In this document: positions 37,149-50,589 of the stretch, in pieces
Layout of the letters: every line of letters starts with the position of its first letter
Numbering within the stretch: position 1 is the stretch's first letter
Origin: Lama guanicoe
Taxonomy: Eukaryota
DNA length: 64,000 nucleotides
Direction of reading: 5' to 3'
Assembly (NCBI GenBank): GCA_013239625.1
Contig: MU053881.1
Coordinates: 8,455,957 to 8,519,956, forward strand
Made by a program: the position numbers and the translations under genes
The notes under the pieces: model-generated
What the model saw: only the letters and a program-made list of their open reading frames with translations
What the model was told of the DNA's origin: nothing
Databases searched by the model: none

Positions 37149-39994
37149 AAACATTGCTTTATACCACTTCACTTTCCCTTTTATTTTTCTACCCGTTTAA
37201 TTATTGTTTCGCCCTGTTCCTCCCAATATCATTCACTGACCACCCCTACAGGCAAAGAAGCAAGATGGGTTTTCCTAAACTCTCTTCCCTTCCAGTGGGC
37301 CACGGGCACAAGGGCCAGGGGTCCCCACAAGACGGCACTCAGGCTCTGTCTGCCGGTTCCAGGCTCATTAGCATGGCTCGTTAATTATAAACGCTCCCCT
37401 CCCCAGCCAGCCCTCTTCCCCAAACACCCCAAACAGCACAGATTAAGTTTTAACTTTTGCTGGCAGGACACCTGCTTCTGAAATTCCTCCTCCCCCATGA
37501 CCTCCTAGGATTTGCAACACAAAGGCAAACATTTACACTAGTTAAGATTTACCAAAAGGAAGTGTGGCCTGGAATGTTTCCTTTGAAGTTCTGTCTCAAA
37601 AGAAGGAGCCCTTTTCAAATAGGTAAGGTAAGAAACCTCAAAGCCGCCTCGGTGGTGTCTGACAGGCACTTAGCACAACCAGGTCTTTGCAATTTCTCAC
37701 TTGGCGCTTGACATCAGCACACGTTAACTCCTGAACACACCTCAAAACTGCAGGTCCCGCTGCTCCAGGATAAACGGGCTTATCAGCCAGTAATGCAATC
37801 ATGTGGCTTCCTGGAAACCCTAGGGTAGAACTTTCTTCCTGAGATATTACCAAGGGGGAAGGAAGAAGAGAAGAAGTTCCCCCTACAAAGGGGGGGACCA
37901 AAAGGCAAAGCCAGCTCTACAAGTGGGAAGGATCCTGGGGTCCACCTGCTCGCTCCAGGCAAAGGTGATGGGTGTTCTCAGTGAGGCATGTCTGGTTCAT
38001 CAGGGGTGGGCGAGGGGCTGGGGCTCAGCCGGCCCAGGGTGGACGCTGGCTGAGCTGATGGAGTAAGGGCCACAAACCACACCAAGCAGTCACCAGACAC
38101 TGAGGTCATACAGATATTTTGGAGGGAAAGGAAGTGAAAAAAAATTCCCTATACCCACCCCCACGACTGCTGGTGTAGGCTGATAGAAACGCTCTAACAA
38201 GAAAAGGACGGAGGCTGTGGTTGTACGCCCTCTGTGTCCAGTCAGAACCTTCCACTCCTTTAATGAGCGCGCCTCATATGCAGTCAACCAAGAATCCCGA
38301 CCACGTGGGGCAAGTCGCAGGCGATGGCGGTGCGCACCGCCAAGCAAAGGAGAACGGATGAAGCCAGGACTCGCCAGGAAGTAGCAGCATGAGTAACCGA
38401 CGTTGACCTAGGCACCTGCTGGCCGCTTCACCTGGTTGCTCACTAGTCCTCAGTATAGACCGCTGAGGAAAGGGTTCTTATCCACACCTTGCAGATGAGA
38501 TCACTGCAGCCCGCTAATCTGGCCAAGGTTGCCAACGATGCTCAAAAGCTCAGTCTCTTGCCACTACCCTGCAGGCCGGCCTCCAGATGGAAGATGTGGA
38601 TTAAAAGCAGCCTGCACGATGTGCCAGAACCACTGGACCCGGACTCCTAAAGTGTAGGAGGCCCATCTCAGCGGTTTTTTTAGCTGGGTGACCTTGAGCA
38701 AGTTCCCCAGGGCCCTGAGGGTGTTTCTGATTTCTCTTCTGTCCTCAGCTGCAGCATTTCTGCGGGCTGTGTGTTGGAAGAAGGAGTCCGCATCCACCCA
38801 CTTGCTCCAACTTCCTCACGGGTCCAGCTGAGTGCTCAAAACTTCACCAGCATGACTGCAACCTAGTTTGGTAAGGCTCTTTGCTCCCTCCTGGGTTCCC
38901 TATAAAAGGGAGAAGCAAGTTCCTTCCAACAGGAGCTTATGTTCTCTTTATACATCCTTCCAGAGTTGGAAAAGCAGCCAACTTAATGCTCCACTACACG
39001 ATTTTACACTCAGACTTTCACCACGTGGACGTCTACAAGCACCAGCCTTTCATGGTTCTTCAGTCAAGCTCAGCGCCAGCGAAGCTTCACCTTTCCTTGC
39101 CGAGAGAGCGCACATCCAGGGCCCCTGTACATTTATTCTTGGTGCCTCCGGCTTCCCAGCATCTCCTAAAGCCACGGTTTCACTCAGAGGAACAGCCCGG
39201 TCCTGACTCTGAACTTGATCCAGAGGCCAAAATTACAAACCCATTTCTCGACGCTTCTAAAGCTCGGTTTCCCGGCTCATCAATTGCGGGTGAAAGGATT
39301 TACCTTGCAAGGCTGTCAGGGAAGAGTTAATGAGAACCCATCATCAACATTCCAGCACAGTAAGTGCCGGGTCCTTTAACACACTACTTCAGTGAGTCAG
39401 TGCAAGACATGCATGTCGGAAGCAAATACAAAACTATAGGATCCGGAGTGAACAAACGGACTTATCAACAAATGAGGTAATGGAGGGAAGGAGGCGGGTG
39501 AGGCTGGGAAGGCCAGTGGGGCCCTGAGTCACACTAAGAAGTTTCGGGGTTTTCTATGGGCACTGGAGAACCACGAAAAGTTTCTGAGAAGGGGAGCAGT
39601 TTTCTCTGGAAAGCCCTGTGGAAGAAAATTCCAAAAGTAGTTGCAATATGATTTGCTGGAAAATGACCTTGGAGTCTGGCCACCCTGTTACAGTAGCTGA
39701 AGCAAGAAATGACACCTTGACTCAGACAGTGAGCACGGAGACCAGGAAGCAGAGGCCTGGAGAAAGGGTGGGACGAACTTTAAAGACCTCAGCTACCAAA
39801 AGGGCTCGAAAGCTCTGTCCTGTCAAAAAAGCAGATTTGCAGGGATAAACTCTCCCCGCTGCTTGTGTTCTGTTCTAGGTCTCACGTGTGGAAAGGAGGC
39901 TGTGGCGCCGGTGACCGGAAGTACTAACATCCATCCCATATTCACCCCACATGAGCTTAACAGAAAGCAAAAGCAAACAAAAAGAAAAAAGCAT

Positions 39995-40500
39995 GGCTGT
40001 TCACGCTCACAGCAGCATCATTCACAATAGCCAAAAGGTGGAAGCAACCCCAGCGTCCATTGACAGATGAATGGATAAGCAACATGTGGAACATATAACC
40101 AGTGGAATATTCTGCAGCCTTTAAAAAAGAAGCAAGAAAAAAAAAAAAAGAAGCAAGTTCTGACAAATAGGACAGCAGGGATGGACCTGGAGGATATTAT
40201 GCTGAGTCAGATTAAGCCAGGCCCCCAGGCACAAATACCATATGATTCCACGTACACAAACTCATACATACAGACAGGAAGTGGAGTAGGGGAGGTGCCA
40301 GGGGCCAGAACGAGGAGCTAGTGTTTAAGAGGATACAGAGTCAGTTTTGCAAGATAAAAAGAGTTCTGGACATGGATGGTAGTGATGGTTGCAGAAGAAT
40401 GGGAAGGAACTTAATACCTCTGGGCTGCCTGCTGAAAAAATGACTAAGATTGTAGATTTGATGTATTGCGTATTTTGCCACATTTAAAAAAAAAGTTTAA
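39995..40500 (+). mobile_element. L1MB-type 3' end
   Basis: cacagcagcatcattcacaatagccaaaaggtggaagcaaccc...gatgaatggataagcaacatgtgg...cagttttgcaagataaaaagagttctgg. Confidence 0.9.
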
Positions 40501-41189
40501 AAGGAAAGGAAAGGAGAAAGGAGGAGAGAAATCATTGCTGGGTTGTCAGCAGATGGGACTGAAAACAATGCAATTCTGTGCCAGTCAGGCACACCCTATA
40601 TCTGGAAACCTCCTCCCCTTCCAGGCAACATTTCATTATTGCTTAAAAGTTCCCCTGACCCCGTCCCCTGCCCTACCTGGTGCTGTCTCAGCCCCCTTTC
40701 AGTATCTGAATGGGAGGAGCCAGCCTGAGGTAGACACCGCCCCTTTATCCCCTGTTATGGGACAGACACCTGGAGTTCCCCGTGACCCACACGGACCCCC
40801 TGCCGTCCAGGCTGGGGAAGCATCGTCCCCAGTCCTGGCTGGCATCCCATGAGAGGCTGGCATTTTCCAGAAAACTCTTCACTGCAGGAAGAGGTGGAGC
40901 ATCCCGTGGCAACTGGCTACAAGGGCTCCAGAGGGACAGCCCCAGGGCCTGCCTTCTCAGGGGGCCCAGGACGGACACAAATGGTCACAAGACGGAGCCC
41001 GGAACGAGGCTGTGGAGTGCAGCTGGCTTCTGCCCACCCTTGTCCTGTCACCGACTCAGAGGAGATGGGGCTGGAATGAGGAAATGCCTCCATCCATCCT
41101 TCCCCCAAGGAAGAGCAGGCAAACTTGCTCTGCTGGATCCAGTCACTTATTCATGTATTTTGAACCCGACTACTAGGTGTGTACACGCT

Positions 41190-42660
41190 TAGGACTAGCG
41201 CGTCTTTTTGATGAATTGGCCCATTCTGATCAAAGCCCTTTATATCTGCTAACTCTCCTGATTTCGGTAAACTTTGTATGCTATCATATAGCCATTCCAG
41301 GTTCCCTCTGATTAGTACCTGTATGCTACATCTTTCCTGTCTTTTTTTACTTTTAACCTCTCTGTGTATTCACATCAAGTGAATCTACTGTCGACAGTCC
41401 CTACACTGGAGTCTGGCTTTCTCTCCCCCAACCTGACAGCATCTGCCTTTTAATTAATGAGTTTAGCCTGTTTCCTTTGAATGAATTACTGGTATAGCTA
41501 GATTGAACTTAACCAAGTCTGTTTCTGAATTCTCTTTTCCTTCTTTTAAAAAAATACACTATTATTATGTTTGCTTCAAACAGTCAATATCTTTTAAAGA
41601 AATTAAGAAAAAAAATTTTTAAGTGTTTTATATTTCTGGTGCTCTTAATTTCCCAGGTAGATCCAAGTTTCCATCTGATACCATTTTTCTCTCAGCCTGA
41701 AGAATTTCTTTTGACATTTCTTAGTCAGTAAATCTGCTGGTGAGAATTTCTCTCAGCTTTTATCTGAAAAGAAAGCTTTTGATTTTACCCTTTTTTTTTT
41801 TAAGGATATTTTTGTTGATGTAGAATTGCAGACAGACCCTTTTTTCCCCCATCTTTCAGCACCTTAGAGGTATTATTCAATTATTTTGGGGTTTGCACTA
41901 TTCTGATAAGTCAGCAAGGTTCTTATTGTTTTCCTGAATGCAGTATGTCTTTACCGTCTGGGTGATTTAAAACTTTTCCTCTTTCGCTTTAGTTTTCAGC
42001 AATGTGATCACGATGTGTCCACGTGTGGTTTTCCACATGAATATACTGCTTGGGGTTTCTTGAGCTTCTTATATCTGTGGGTCAATATTTTCCAGCAACT
42101 TTGGAACTTTTCAGCCATTACGCCAACTATATTTTCTTTTGTAATCTCTCTCTTTCCTTCCCTTTTGGGAATCCAAGTCTATATTTGTTAGACTGATGAG
42201 TATCGTCCCAAAGATCCCTGAAGTTCTGACCATTTTTTTTCTTCTTTCTGTGCTTCAGTTTAGATGGTTTCCAGCGCCCTGACTTCATGGTCAGTGATCT
42301 TTCTTCCTGCACCATCCGATCTACTGTTACACCCATCTAGTGAATTTTTCATTTCCAATAATGTAGTTTTCATCTAGAATTTGGTTCCACTTCTTCAGTG
42401 CTTTATTTTCCTTTAAAATCCCTAAACACATCTATCATAAGTATTTTAAGTTCATCTTCTGCTAATTCCAACATCTCTGCCATCCCTGGGCCTATTTCTC
42501 CCTAAGTCTAGTGTCTTTTCTGCTGTACGCTAGCCACTCTGAACACTACGTTATCAGGAACCTGGATTTTACGTTCCTTCTTTAAAGAATATTTAGTTCT
42601 GTTCTAATGGACAGTTGATTTATCGGCAGATCAGCTCAATTCTCAATTCTCTTGAGGCTC
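41190..42660 (-). mobile_element. Old L1 internal fragment including an ORF1 remnant
   Basis: ORF 42127-42336 (QNFRDLWDDTHQSNKYRLGFPKGKERE) resembles the ORF1p motif 'L.DLWD.IKR.N...G.PEGEE'. The plus strand is T-rich with L1M-like motifs. Confidence 0.8.
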
Positions 42661-42976
42661 TTTAAGTCTGGTTGGGCCATGAGGTGAGGCTAATGATGGA
42701 GGTCACGTGCTAAGAACGGTAGACCAGAAAGATATAAGGAAACTAGGTCCCTGAAGCCACTCTGGTACTGACTAGCCTGCCTCTTGATTTTTTTTAAAAT
42801 GTGCTCAAGAAGTCAAGCACTGTCTTGTAGTTAAGTTGTGTTTGACTTGGAGAACCAGCCGCTACACACTATTTCTGTCACACCTCCTAAATAGCAGGCT
42901 CTGCACTAGGTGTTGAAAATAAAGCAATTTATAGGTTAGATGTGGCTTCTGGCATTTTAGAACTTATAGTCTCAAC

Positions 42977-43193
42977 CAAAAGATGGCAAACGATGGCCCA
43001 TGAGCCAAACTCACCCGCTGCTTGTTTCTGTGAATGAAGTTTCTGCTGGGACACAGCCGCGCCTATCCGTGTCCATACTGTCGATGACTGTTTTCAATGC
43101 TACGTAGTTGAACAGCTAAGACAGAGGGGTATGGCCCACAAAGCCTGAAATATCTACCATCTAGTCCTTTCCAAAAAAAGTGCCTGACTCCTG
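42977..43193. mobile_element. MER58A-like hAT-Charlie MITE
   Basis: ggcaaacgatggcccatgagccaaa...gacacagcc...tatggcccacaaagcctgaaatatctaccatctagtcctttcc...tgactcctg. Confidence 0.85.
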
Positions 43194-43200
43194 TTTAGGA

Positions 43201-43693
43201 CAGCAGTCCTCACTCAGACTTTCTGGTCTCGGGACCCCTTCACACTCTTAAGACTTCAGGACCCCAGAGCGTTGTTGCTCATGTGAGTGTTACTGGTCAA
43301 TATTTACCATACTAGGGATGAAAACAGAGAAAATTTGAAAATATTTATTAATTCCTCTGAAAATTAAAAAAAAAAACAAAAAACTGTATCACACATTACC
43401 CTACATCGCAGCCTTATAATTTTCCAACCCCTCCCCTCAAATTAGTGAGGAGAGTGGCATTATTTTACATTTTTTGCAAATCTCTTTAATGTATGGCTGA
43501 GTCCTAAGAGCCACTTTCGCATTTATCTGTTGCAAAATCGCATGTCATGTAGCTACTGGAAAACCGGTCCTTGTGTGACAGGTAGAAAGTTAAAAGGGCA
43601 GATAATTTCTTAGTATGACTCTGAAGTTTTGACTTTGCAGACCTTCTGAGAAAATCCCAGGGACCTCCAGGAACTACACTTTAAGAATGCCTG
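43201..43693. mobile_element. MER119-like hAT-Charlie element
   Basis: tggtctcgggaccccttcacactctta...ggaccccagag...attagtgaggagagtggcatt. Degenerate 8-bp TSD GTTTAGGA / GTCTAGAA. Confidence 0.7.
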
Positions 43694-44914
43694 GTCTAGA
43701 AAAGTCCTAGGCTGATATTAAACAGAAAAAAATATGAAGTCTTCACGAATCACCACTGAACAATTGATATAAAGGAAAAGAACCTTGCTCTGCAAGGGAA
43801 CGTAAACACTGAACCTGGCCCCGTTCGGGGAGCGAGGGAATGATTCCTTGAGGAGCTGCTGTTACAAGCTGGGCCCTGAGAAGGAGTGAGCCAGGTGAGG
43901 GCAGGACGGGGAAGCTGTCCCTTCCTTCAGCATGTGTGCTAAGGAAACTGGGTTAGGCCTTAGAGAAGGATCAGGGATGGGGGTGACTGTCCCCTGATTC
44001 CTTCCCTTGAGGTAAGTGACCAAGCCAGAGGTCTGCCCCGGGAAGCTGAACCCAGGGTCCTCCTGACACTCCTGGAATTTACCCCATGGACAGGGGAACC
44101 CTAGTCCCTCTGGGAGGAGGCTGATGTCCCACAGATGGGGCGCCATACGGAGGCCCACATGCTGAGATGCAGAGGACCGTCATCCAGGCCCTTAGGATGC
44201 AGTGTCCCGTGGTGACACAGGTAGCCACACAAACCCTTAGCTCACAGCCTTCCCTCAAGGCAGTGAGGGGCCATCCCTCGTCCAGATGGTTATTTGCTTC
44301 AACAGCTAACTGGCTGAAGGAGCCATAGCAGCTACCTTTGCACTAGATAGATGCCCAGGCCCACTTCCCGGCCGCCAGCTCTGCGCACACTCACTCTCAA
44401 AACCAGACGCCGCTGAGTTTCAGGGTGGATTTGAGGCTGACACTGCTCTTTCTCCCCCCTGACGTGCCCAACCTGGGGGTGTGAAACCCACTGGGTTCCA
44501 GCCACCATCTCACCTCAAGGTCCCAGGGCTACTGTCTCACTTGAAAAAGAACTAGGCAGAGGGGGAAACCATCCTGGAGGATGGAAGGTGCCAGTTCTAC
44601 CCTGTTCACCGAGAGGAATGCAGCCCAGCACCCATCAAACACGTGCAGCACGTGTCGAACCTCCGGTGGAGCCCATCTGTACTAGTTCACTGAGTCCTCC
44701 CAGTAGCGCTATGAGCTAGTTCACGTGTCATCCCATTTTACAGATGAGAAACGGAAGCACAGAGAGATCTTGCAACTGACCCACAGTCCCCGGCAGGAAG
44801 GAGTGGAGCCAACATGAGACCCAAGCGGCATGGTTTCTCCAGTTTGAATGCCTCGAATATTACCTTTGCCTCTAGCTTTGAAATGACACAAGGAGTTTGT
44901 TTTTCCAGAAGTAT

Positions 44915-45740
44915 CTTCAGAGATGCTCAACATCACTAATCATTAAACAATTGCAAACCAAAACCAAGGGAGACCATGTTATGCCCATTAGGATGGTTAG
45001 TATCAAAAAAAAAAAAAAAACCCCACCAGACCAGCTGTGTTGGTGAGGGTGTGGTGACACTGGGACCCCTGTGCATTGCTGGCAGGACTGCCACATGGTT
45101 CAGCTGCTGGAAAAAACAGTGTGGCAGCTCCTCAAAAAACTAAAAATAGAATTACCATGGGATCGAGCAATTCCACTTCCGGGTACAATACCTAAAAGAT
45201 GGAAAGGCAGGGACAGGAATAGGTATTTGTGCTCCCATGTTTATAACAGCATTACTTGTGATAATGAAGAGGCGGAAAAGTGTGTCCGAGGATGGATAAA
45301 TGGATACACAAGATGCGGCATATACATACAATGAAATATTATTCAGCCTTAAAAAGGGAGGAAATTTGGACCCATGCAACAGCATGGATGGACCCGGAGG
45401 ACATTATGCTAAGTGAAATAAGCCAGTCACAAAAGGATGAAGACTGTGTGATTCCGTTCGTATGAGGTCCCTAGAGCAGTGGAATTCGTAGAGGCAGAAA
45501 GCAGAATGGTGATTGCCGGGGCAGGGGGAGGGTGAACGGGGAGTTAGTGTTTAATGGGTGTAAAGTTTCAGTTTTGCGAGATGAAAAGAGTTCTGGAGAC
45601 AGACGTGGTGACGGCTGCACTGCAGTGGGAAGCTACTCAGTGCCCCTGAACCATACACGTGAAGAAGGTTAAAATGATAAATTTCATGTTATGCATATGT
45701 TACCTGATTAAAAATAAACTCTAAAAAATAAACTAAAAGA
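44915..45740 (+). mobile_element. L1MB-type ORF2 end and 3' UTR
   Basis: agatgctcaacatcactaatcatta...ctcaaaaaactaaaaatagaattaccatgggatcgagcaattccactt...atgctaagtgaaataagccagtcacaaaagga. ORFs 45071-45334 and 45280-45465 resemble the ORF2p C-terminus. Confidence 0.93.
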
Positions 45741-48604
45741 AGTAGCTGCCTAACAGACCTCAGGACGTTTATTATTATAATTACAGTAGGAATGATCCTG
45801 AATTATCATCTGATTTTTTTTTTTTTAAATTGGGGCTAACTTTGTTTCTGAACGTCTGGAACTGAGAAAACAGTGCTGTGGCCTTTCCTTGGTCCTCACG
45901 CCAAGCCTAGGAGGTGATTAGCCGGTTTAAGCTACTGATTTCGAATCAGAAAGTTAAAAAAAAAACAAACAAAACAAAACCCTTTGTGAAAGAGAACGGG
46001 AACAAAGGGCTGATGGGCCCAGGCCTACACGACAGAAGCTGGCTTGTGCCGGGTAACCGGGTCCTTCCATCTCCTCATCGTTGCATTCCCGCCTGCGAAC
46101 ATGGCCTCCCAAGGCCTGGATTTTCATGACGTCAGCGGGCTATTGCATTGCACTGATAACGCCCCATTCACCGTGGTGTGTGGCCCCTCACAAAAGCAGG
46201 CGGCACCCCTGAATGCAAATGAGGACATTTGGGAGACAGAGCTTATTCTAGGAGCCGCTGACAATTAGATCTAAACTGTTCCCGGACACCTGTCTCTCCT
46301 TCCCACACAATCCTGCTTCTCTCTCTCCAATGAGCGAGGATACTGGGAATACTGGAGAACAGGACTCTTTCTGAAGAAAGCCCCTGAGCTCACTTTTCCA
46401 AAGAGCTGTGGATCCTAAGAGGGCAGGAGGCAAAGAGGGAAACAGGAGAGGCGGTACTGGAGTGGGGAGGGCCCTGGGTTTGGTGCCTGGGAACTGATGG
46501 GGAGCACGTGCCCTGTGGGCCATCACAACCTGCCTGCCGTGCCCCCACCCGCCGCACCGTGGGGCCACATGTCTTGTCCTCACCGCCCTACAGAACAGAG
46601 TCTGTCAATCTGGCTGCCTGAGGACTCCAGGAAGGAGGCAGAAGCTTCCTCCAGCGCCTGGATTCCAGCCACTGCACCCTGGAGAGTGCGAGAGCTTAAC
46701 TAATTCTCTAATCAGGACACACGAAAGGCTCGGACATGTAGTGGAGAAATGGCTAGCGATGTTACATCAACAAGGACCAATGACTCCAGGAGACAGCGAC
46801 AAGCACTCAGGGTGTGGAGTCAGAGAGCCCGCTTTAAAACTCAACCCTCTCACCAACTTGCTGTGTGACCTCGATAAATTCCCTAACCTCTCTGGGCCTC
46901 ATCTTCCAGACCAGGCAGCTGAGGCTGGTCACACAGTAAGTGAAACAGTAAATGAATGTCACGTTCCTCAGTAAATGGCTGCTGTCACAGCCTCCAGCAG
47001 CATCTAACAAGATTTTTGCATCTTACCATTTTGTGAATGTGAAATCTGGACCGAATGATAGCACTGTTTTCCTCCTGGAAAGTGAATCAAGTGTAGTGTG
47101 GGGAGAGGAGAAAGAGAATGGATACAGATATAACATCCTAATGAAAAACGCATGAAAGAAGCTCAGTCATTACCTGAAACCTTACAACACCTGGAGCCCT
47201 CGTGGAATCTCGGCAAGTGTCTGAAGGATTCTGACAGGTTCCGCATTTAAAACTGGGCGCTCCCCTCTCCCCAGTTCAGTGTGGAACTGTTTGCTGAGGA
47301 CCTACTGTGCACGGAGCCCTCAGCTGCCCTGCCCTGCCATCTATAACTCAGCCAATCCTTCCCTTCTTCTCAAAGAACCAAGGAAGGTTCTGACCCCACT
47401 TCGGACTGAGAGCAGGCACCCTCAGCTCTGACCTCATGAGTTATGAGGTCAGTCTGTCTTGGGTGCTGAGGTCCCCTGGGGTCCCAGCAGTCTGGGCTGA
47501 CCCTAGAGTCTCCCCAGGCCTTTCCAAAGCTGCCCTCCTGTCCCCCCACCCCCAAACCCCACATATACACAGAGAAGTAAGCAAGATCAGAGGAGGCAGC
47601 CTGGTCTGGTAAAGCAGGTTTCCAGCTGCTCAAATTAAGCATAAGGAAATGCACTTTGTTTTTCAGAGCGAGGTGACTGGCTGCATTCTCCAGATCACAG
47701 GCATCTGGCTTCCCCCTTCACCAACGCGACTCAGGCAGCCTGTCCAGGGTTCCTCTTATTTCTACATGGATTTCTCTTGGGCCAACAGTTACCAGTTTGG
47801 CATATGGTAACTGGGGAGGCTCACACAGAAAACAATGGTGGCAAACTGCAAAGTGCTGGGGGAAAGGGCTCTTGGGAGTTTCATGGGCTGAGAGCTCTAT
47901 TCTTTGACTCCTCCTGCCTGACAAGGAGGGGCAGCCTTGAACATTCTGGAGGCCCTGGGTCTCGGGTCAGGCTTGGGACTGGCAACTCATTCCTTGAGCT
48001 TTTTTTTCCCCCTGCAAAGGAGGTATCTCAGGTGCTGGAGTCTTTCCGAAATGTAGACGGAGAGCTAGTCTTCCGCTGGTGACATACCAGCCCCAAACGA
48101 ACAGGCTGTGCCCAGGCCAGCCAGAGCCCTGGGCTCTCCTTGGGTCCAGTGCTTGCCCTCTGACTCCAAAACTTGACCTAGGAGTTCAGACTTGACCTAG
48201 AGAGGAGCTGGAAGGTGGCAGCCTCTCACTGGGAACCGTCCACTTTTCACCCTCTACTCTGTAGCGTCCCCATTACCTCTCAGGTGCCTTTGCTCACGTT
48301 CATTCATTTATTACTTCCAGTTACGAACAAAACTGTGCTGGGCCTGGGGAGACTCGACAAGATGCTTTACCATTTGGTGGAGAACACAGACATGAGAAAA
48401 ATTCCAACTATGTGGTAGAGTCGTGTTAGGAGGGTGCACAGCGGGCCCCCGACACGAGCTGTGACAAAGATAGCAAGGCAGGCTCCTGGAAGAGGTGGCC
48501 TTTTAGCCGGGTGTAGCAGTGCAGGAAGGGAGTACCAGCAGGCAGGGCGCTAACCTGGTTCATGCAAAGGAAAGAAAGTACCTCGTGGGTGGGGGGAGTA
48601 GAGG

Positions 48605-48786
48605 TTTTTAGTTTTGAGGTGCATTAGAATCAGCTTGGTGGCACATTAAAAATGCAGATTCCTGGAAGCCCTGCTGAGATTCTGATTCAGTAGTTTCCAG
48701 GTGGGGGCCCAGGAATCTCTGTTTCACAAGCTCCCGGGAGGAGTTTAAGGCAAGAGGTCTGTGGAACACACTCTGAGAAAGCTTGC
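48605..48786. mobile_element. MER5A-like MITE
   Basis: gcattagaatca...ttaaaaatgcagattcctgg...gattctgattcagtag...cccaggaatct...cacactctgagaaa. Confidence 0.8.
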
Positions 48787-49917
48787 TTTGAAGGAATGCG
48801 GTGGGGGAGCCATTTGTGGCTTTGATGGAATATTGGTTTATTTTCCTGGAATGTCCCCAAAGGGACTTTGGACAGCTCACTAATGACTCGCTCTTCAGTC
48901 ATTTTATACAGACTTCCATACAACATCCAACAAACTGGAAATGAATGCAAGGAGGGCGTCAGGAGCCTCGCTCACAGACGGTCACACTGCGTTCCCTGGG
49001 ATGATGGTGGGCGTTATCTCAGGAATGTGTCGGGGCAAGGTCCGTGCTTATGCAGGAACGCGGTGCACAGGTGAACCCAGGCCAGGGAGCAGTGATGGGA
49101 AAGGCCTCTGGAATCCAGCCACACCTCCCCGCCACCCCCATGCCAGGAGGACGAGGCGGTCCGCAGGGCCTCTGCCGACTTTCCCTGCAGCCTGGGGCTG
49201 GCTCCCTGCCCCGGTACCACCCTACTCGGGCTGTGCCTGGCTCGGATCAGGATGTGATTGTGGGGGCCGGCCTCAGCCTTGGCCGCAGGCAGTTGCTGCC
49301 AGTCCCCTCACAGCAGTACCTCTGCCCTGTTCAGAGCTGGTTCCCGGGAGCTTGCCATTTATTTTGCTGGCTCAAGCCCTGGCCTGGGAAGCTTATCAGG
49401 GACCCCAGAGCTCCCTGCCTTACGCTTGCTGCTGTTCTCTGAGGGCTGGAGTCCTGCCTCTGTGATCTCTGGCAGGTGCCTGCCGGGCCACCTCCTCATT
49501 CTGTGTTACAGCCCAGACACCCTCCCCCCCCCCCAGCTAAGGATTCCCATCTTCTGCCTGCCCCGTGCCCCTCCTCCCGGGGTCGTCTTCTGCCACCGTG
49601 ATGGACTCCCGGCCCAGCCCGCATCTGCTCCAAACTCTGGCCTCTGGTCTCTGACCCCGCTGTGGGCATGCTGTGGCCTCAGGACCCCGCCTTTTCTCAG
49701 CAGCCGTGATCCACTGTCAACTGAGCCCACCCTCCACCCCCACCCCCGATCTGGCTTCAATCCCATCTTCCATGTAGGGACAGGCTGAGAAGCTCCTTCC
49801 CTCAACAGTACGTCTAACTGGTGGTAAGAATCCACCGTTCATTGACATTAAACTATACAGCGTGCCTTAGATCAGAGCAGTTAGAGGCACCACCGGCCAC
49901 AGAACCAAAAAACAAAA

Positions 49918-50060
49918 CAGTGCTCGCCAACGTTAACGTCCAAAAGGACCACTGGGGATCTTGTTAAAATGCAGTTTCTGATTCAGTGGGTCTAGGGTGG
50001 AGCCTGAGATTCTGCATTTCTAACAAGTTCCCAAATGGGACCCCACACTTCCAGTAGCAA
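49918..50060. mobile_element. MER5-family MITE
   Basis: ggggatcttgttaaaatgcagtttctgattcagtgggtctagggtggagcctgagattctgcatttctaacaagttccca. Confidence 0.85.
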
Positions 50061-50589
50061 GAGAGTTGGGGTCACGCAAGTGAACAGGAGCTTGCCATAG
50101 TGGGGTGAAGCCAAAAGCAGGGCTCAGAATCGAGCACGTCCTCAGACAGAGTAACCACAGGTCCTCTAATTGCCACTGTGTTCAGAACAATTGACTCTGG
50201 AAGTTCTGAGAAAGAGTGACCCAGGGATGCCAGTGGCCCGCCGCTTCTCCCGAGTGGGCCGTGGTCGGTACATGACCCCTGACCCCTATTGTGTTTTCCC
50301 GTATCAGACGAGTCTAGTTCAAGGTCAGCTTTGTGGTCTTTCCAAATCAGCATCTTTATGAGAATTTGAACTGGGTTCACCGAGTTAGCTGTGGCTGCAG
50401 AGGTGCAGTGTTATATGAGACCGGCTGGGGCTGTGACAGCCATATGTCACCTATAAACTAACGCTGTGATGATGTCATGACTGTTAACATTCTTAAGTAC
50501 TTATTCTGAGCCTTGCTCTCAGTTATGTGTTCTAAATAAGAGAGTCCAAACTGTAATTCTCACAATAACCCTCAAAGTGGATGGCAGTC

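Noticed and set aside
39405..39417. p53-like site
   Set aside because: Only one imperfect half site.
45071..45465. Short ORFs resembling annotated hypothetical proteins
   Set aside because: Frameshifted L1 ORF2 C-terminal remnants.
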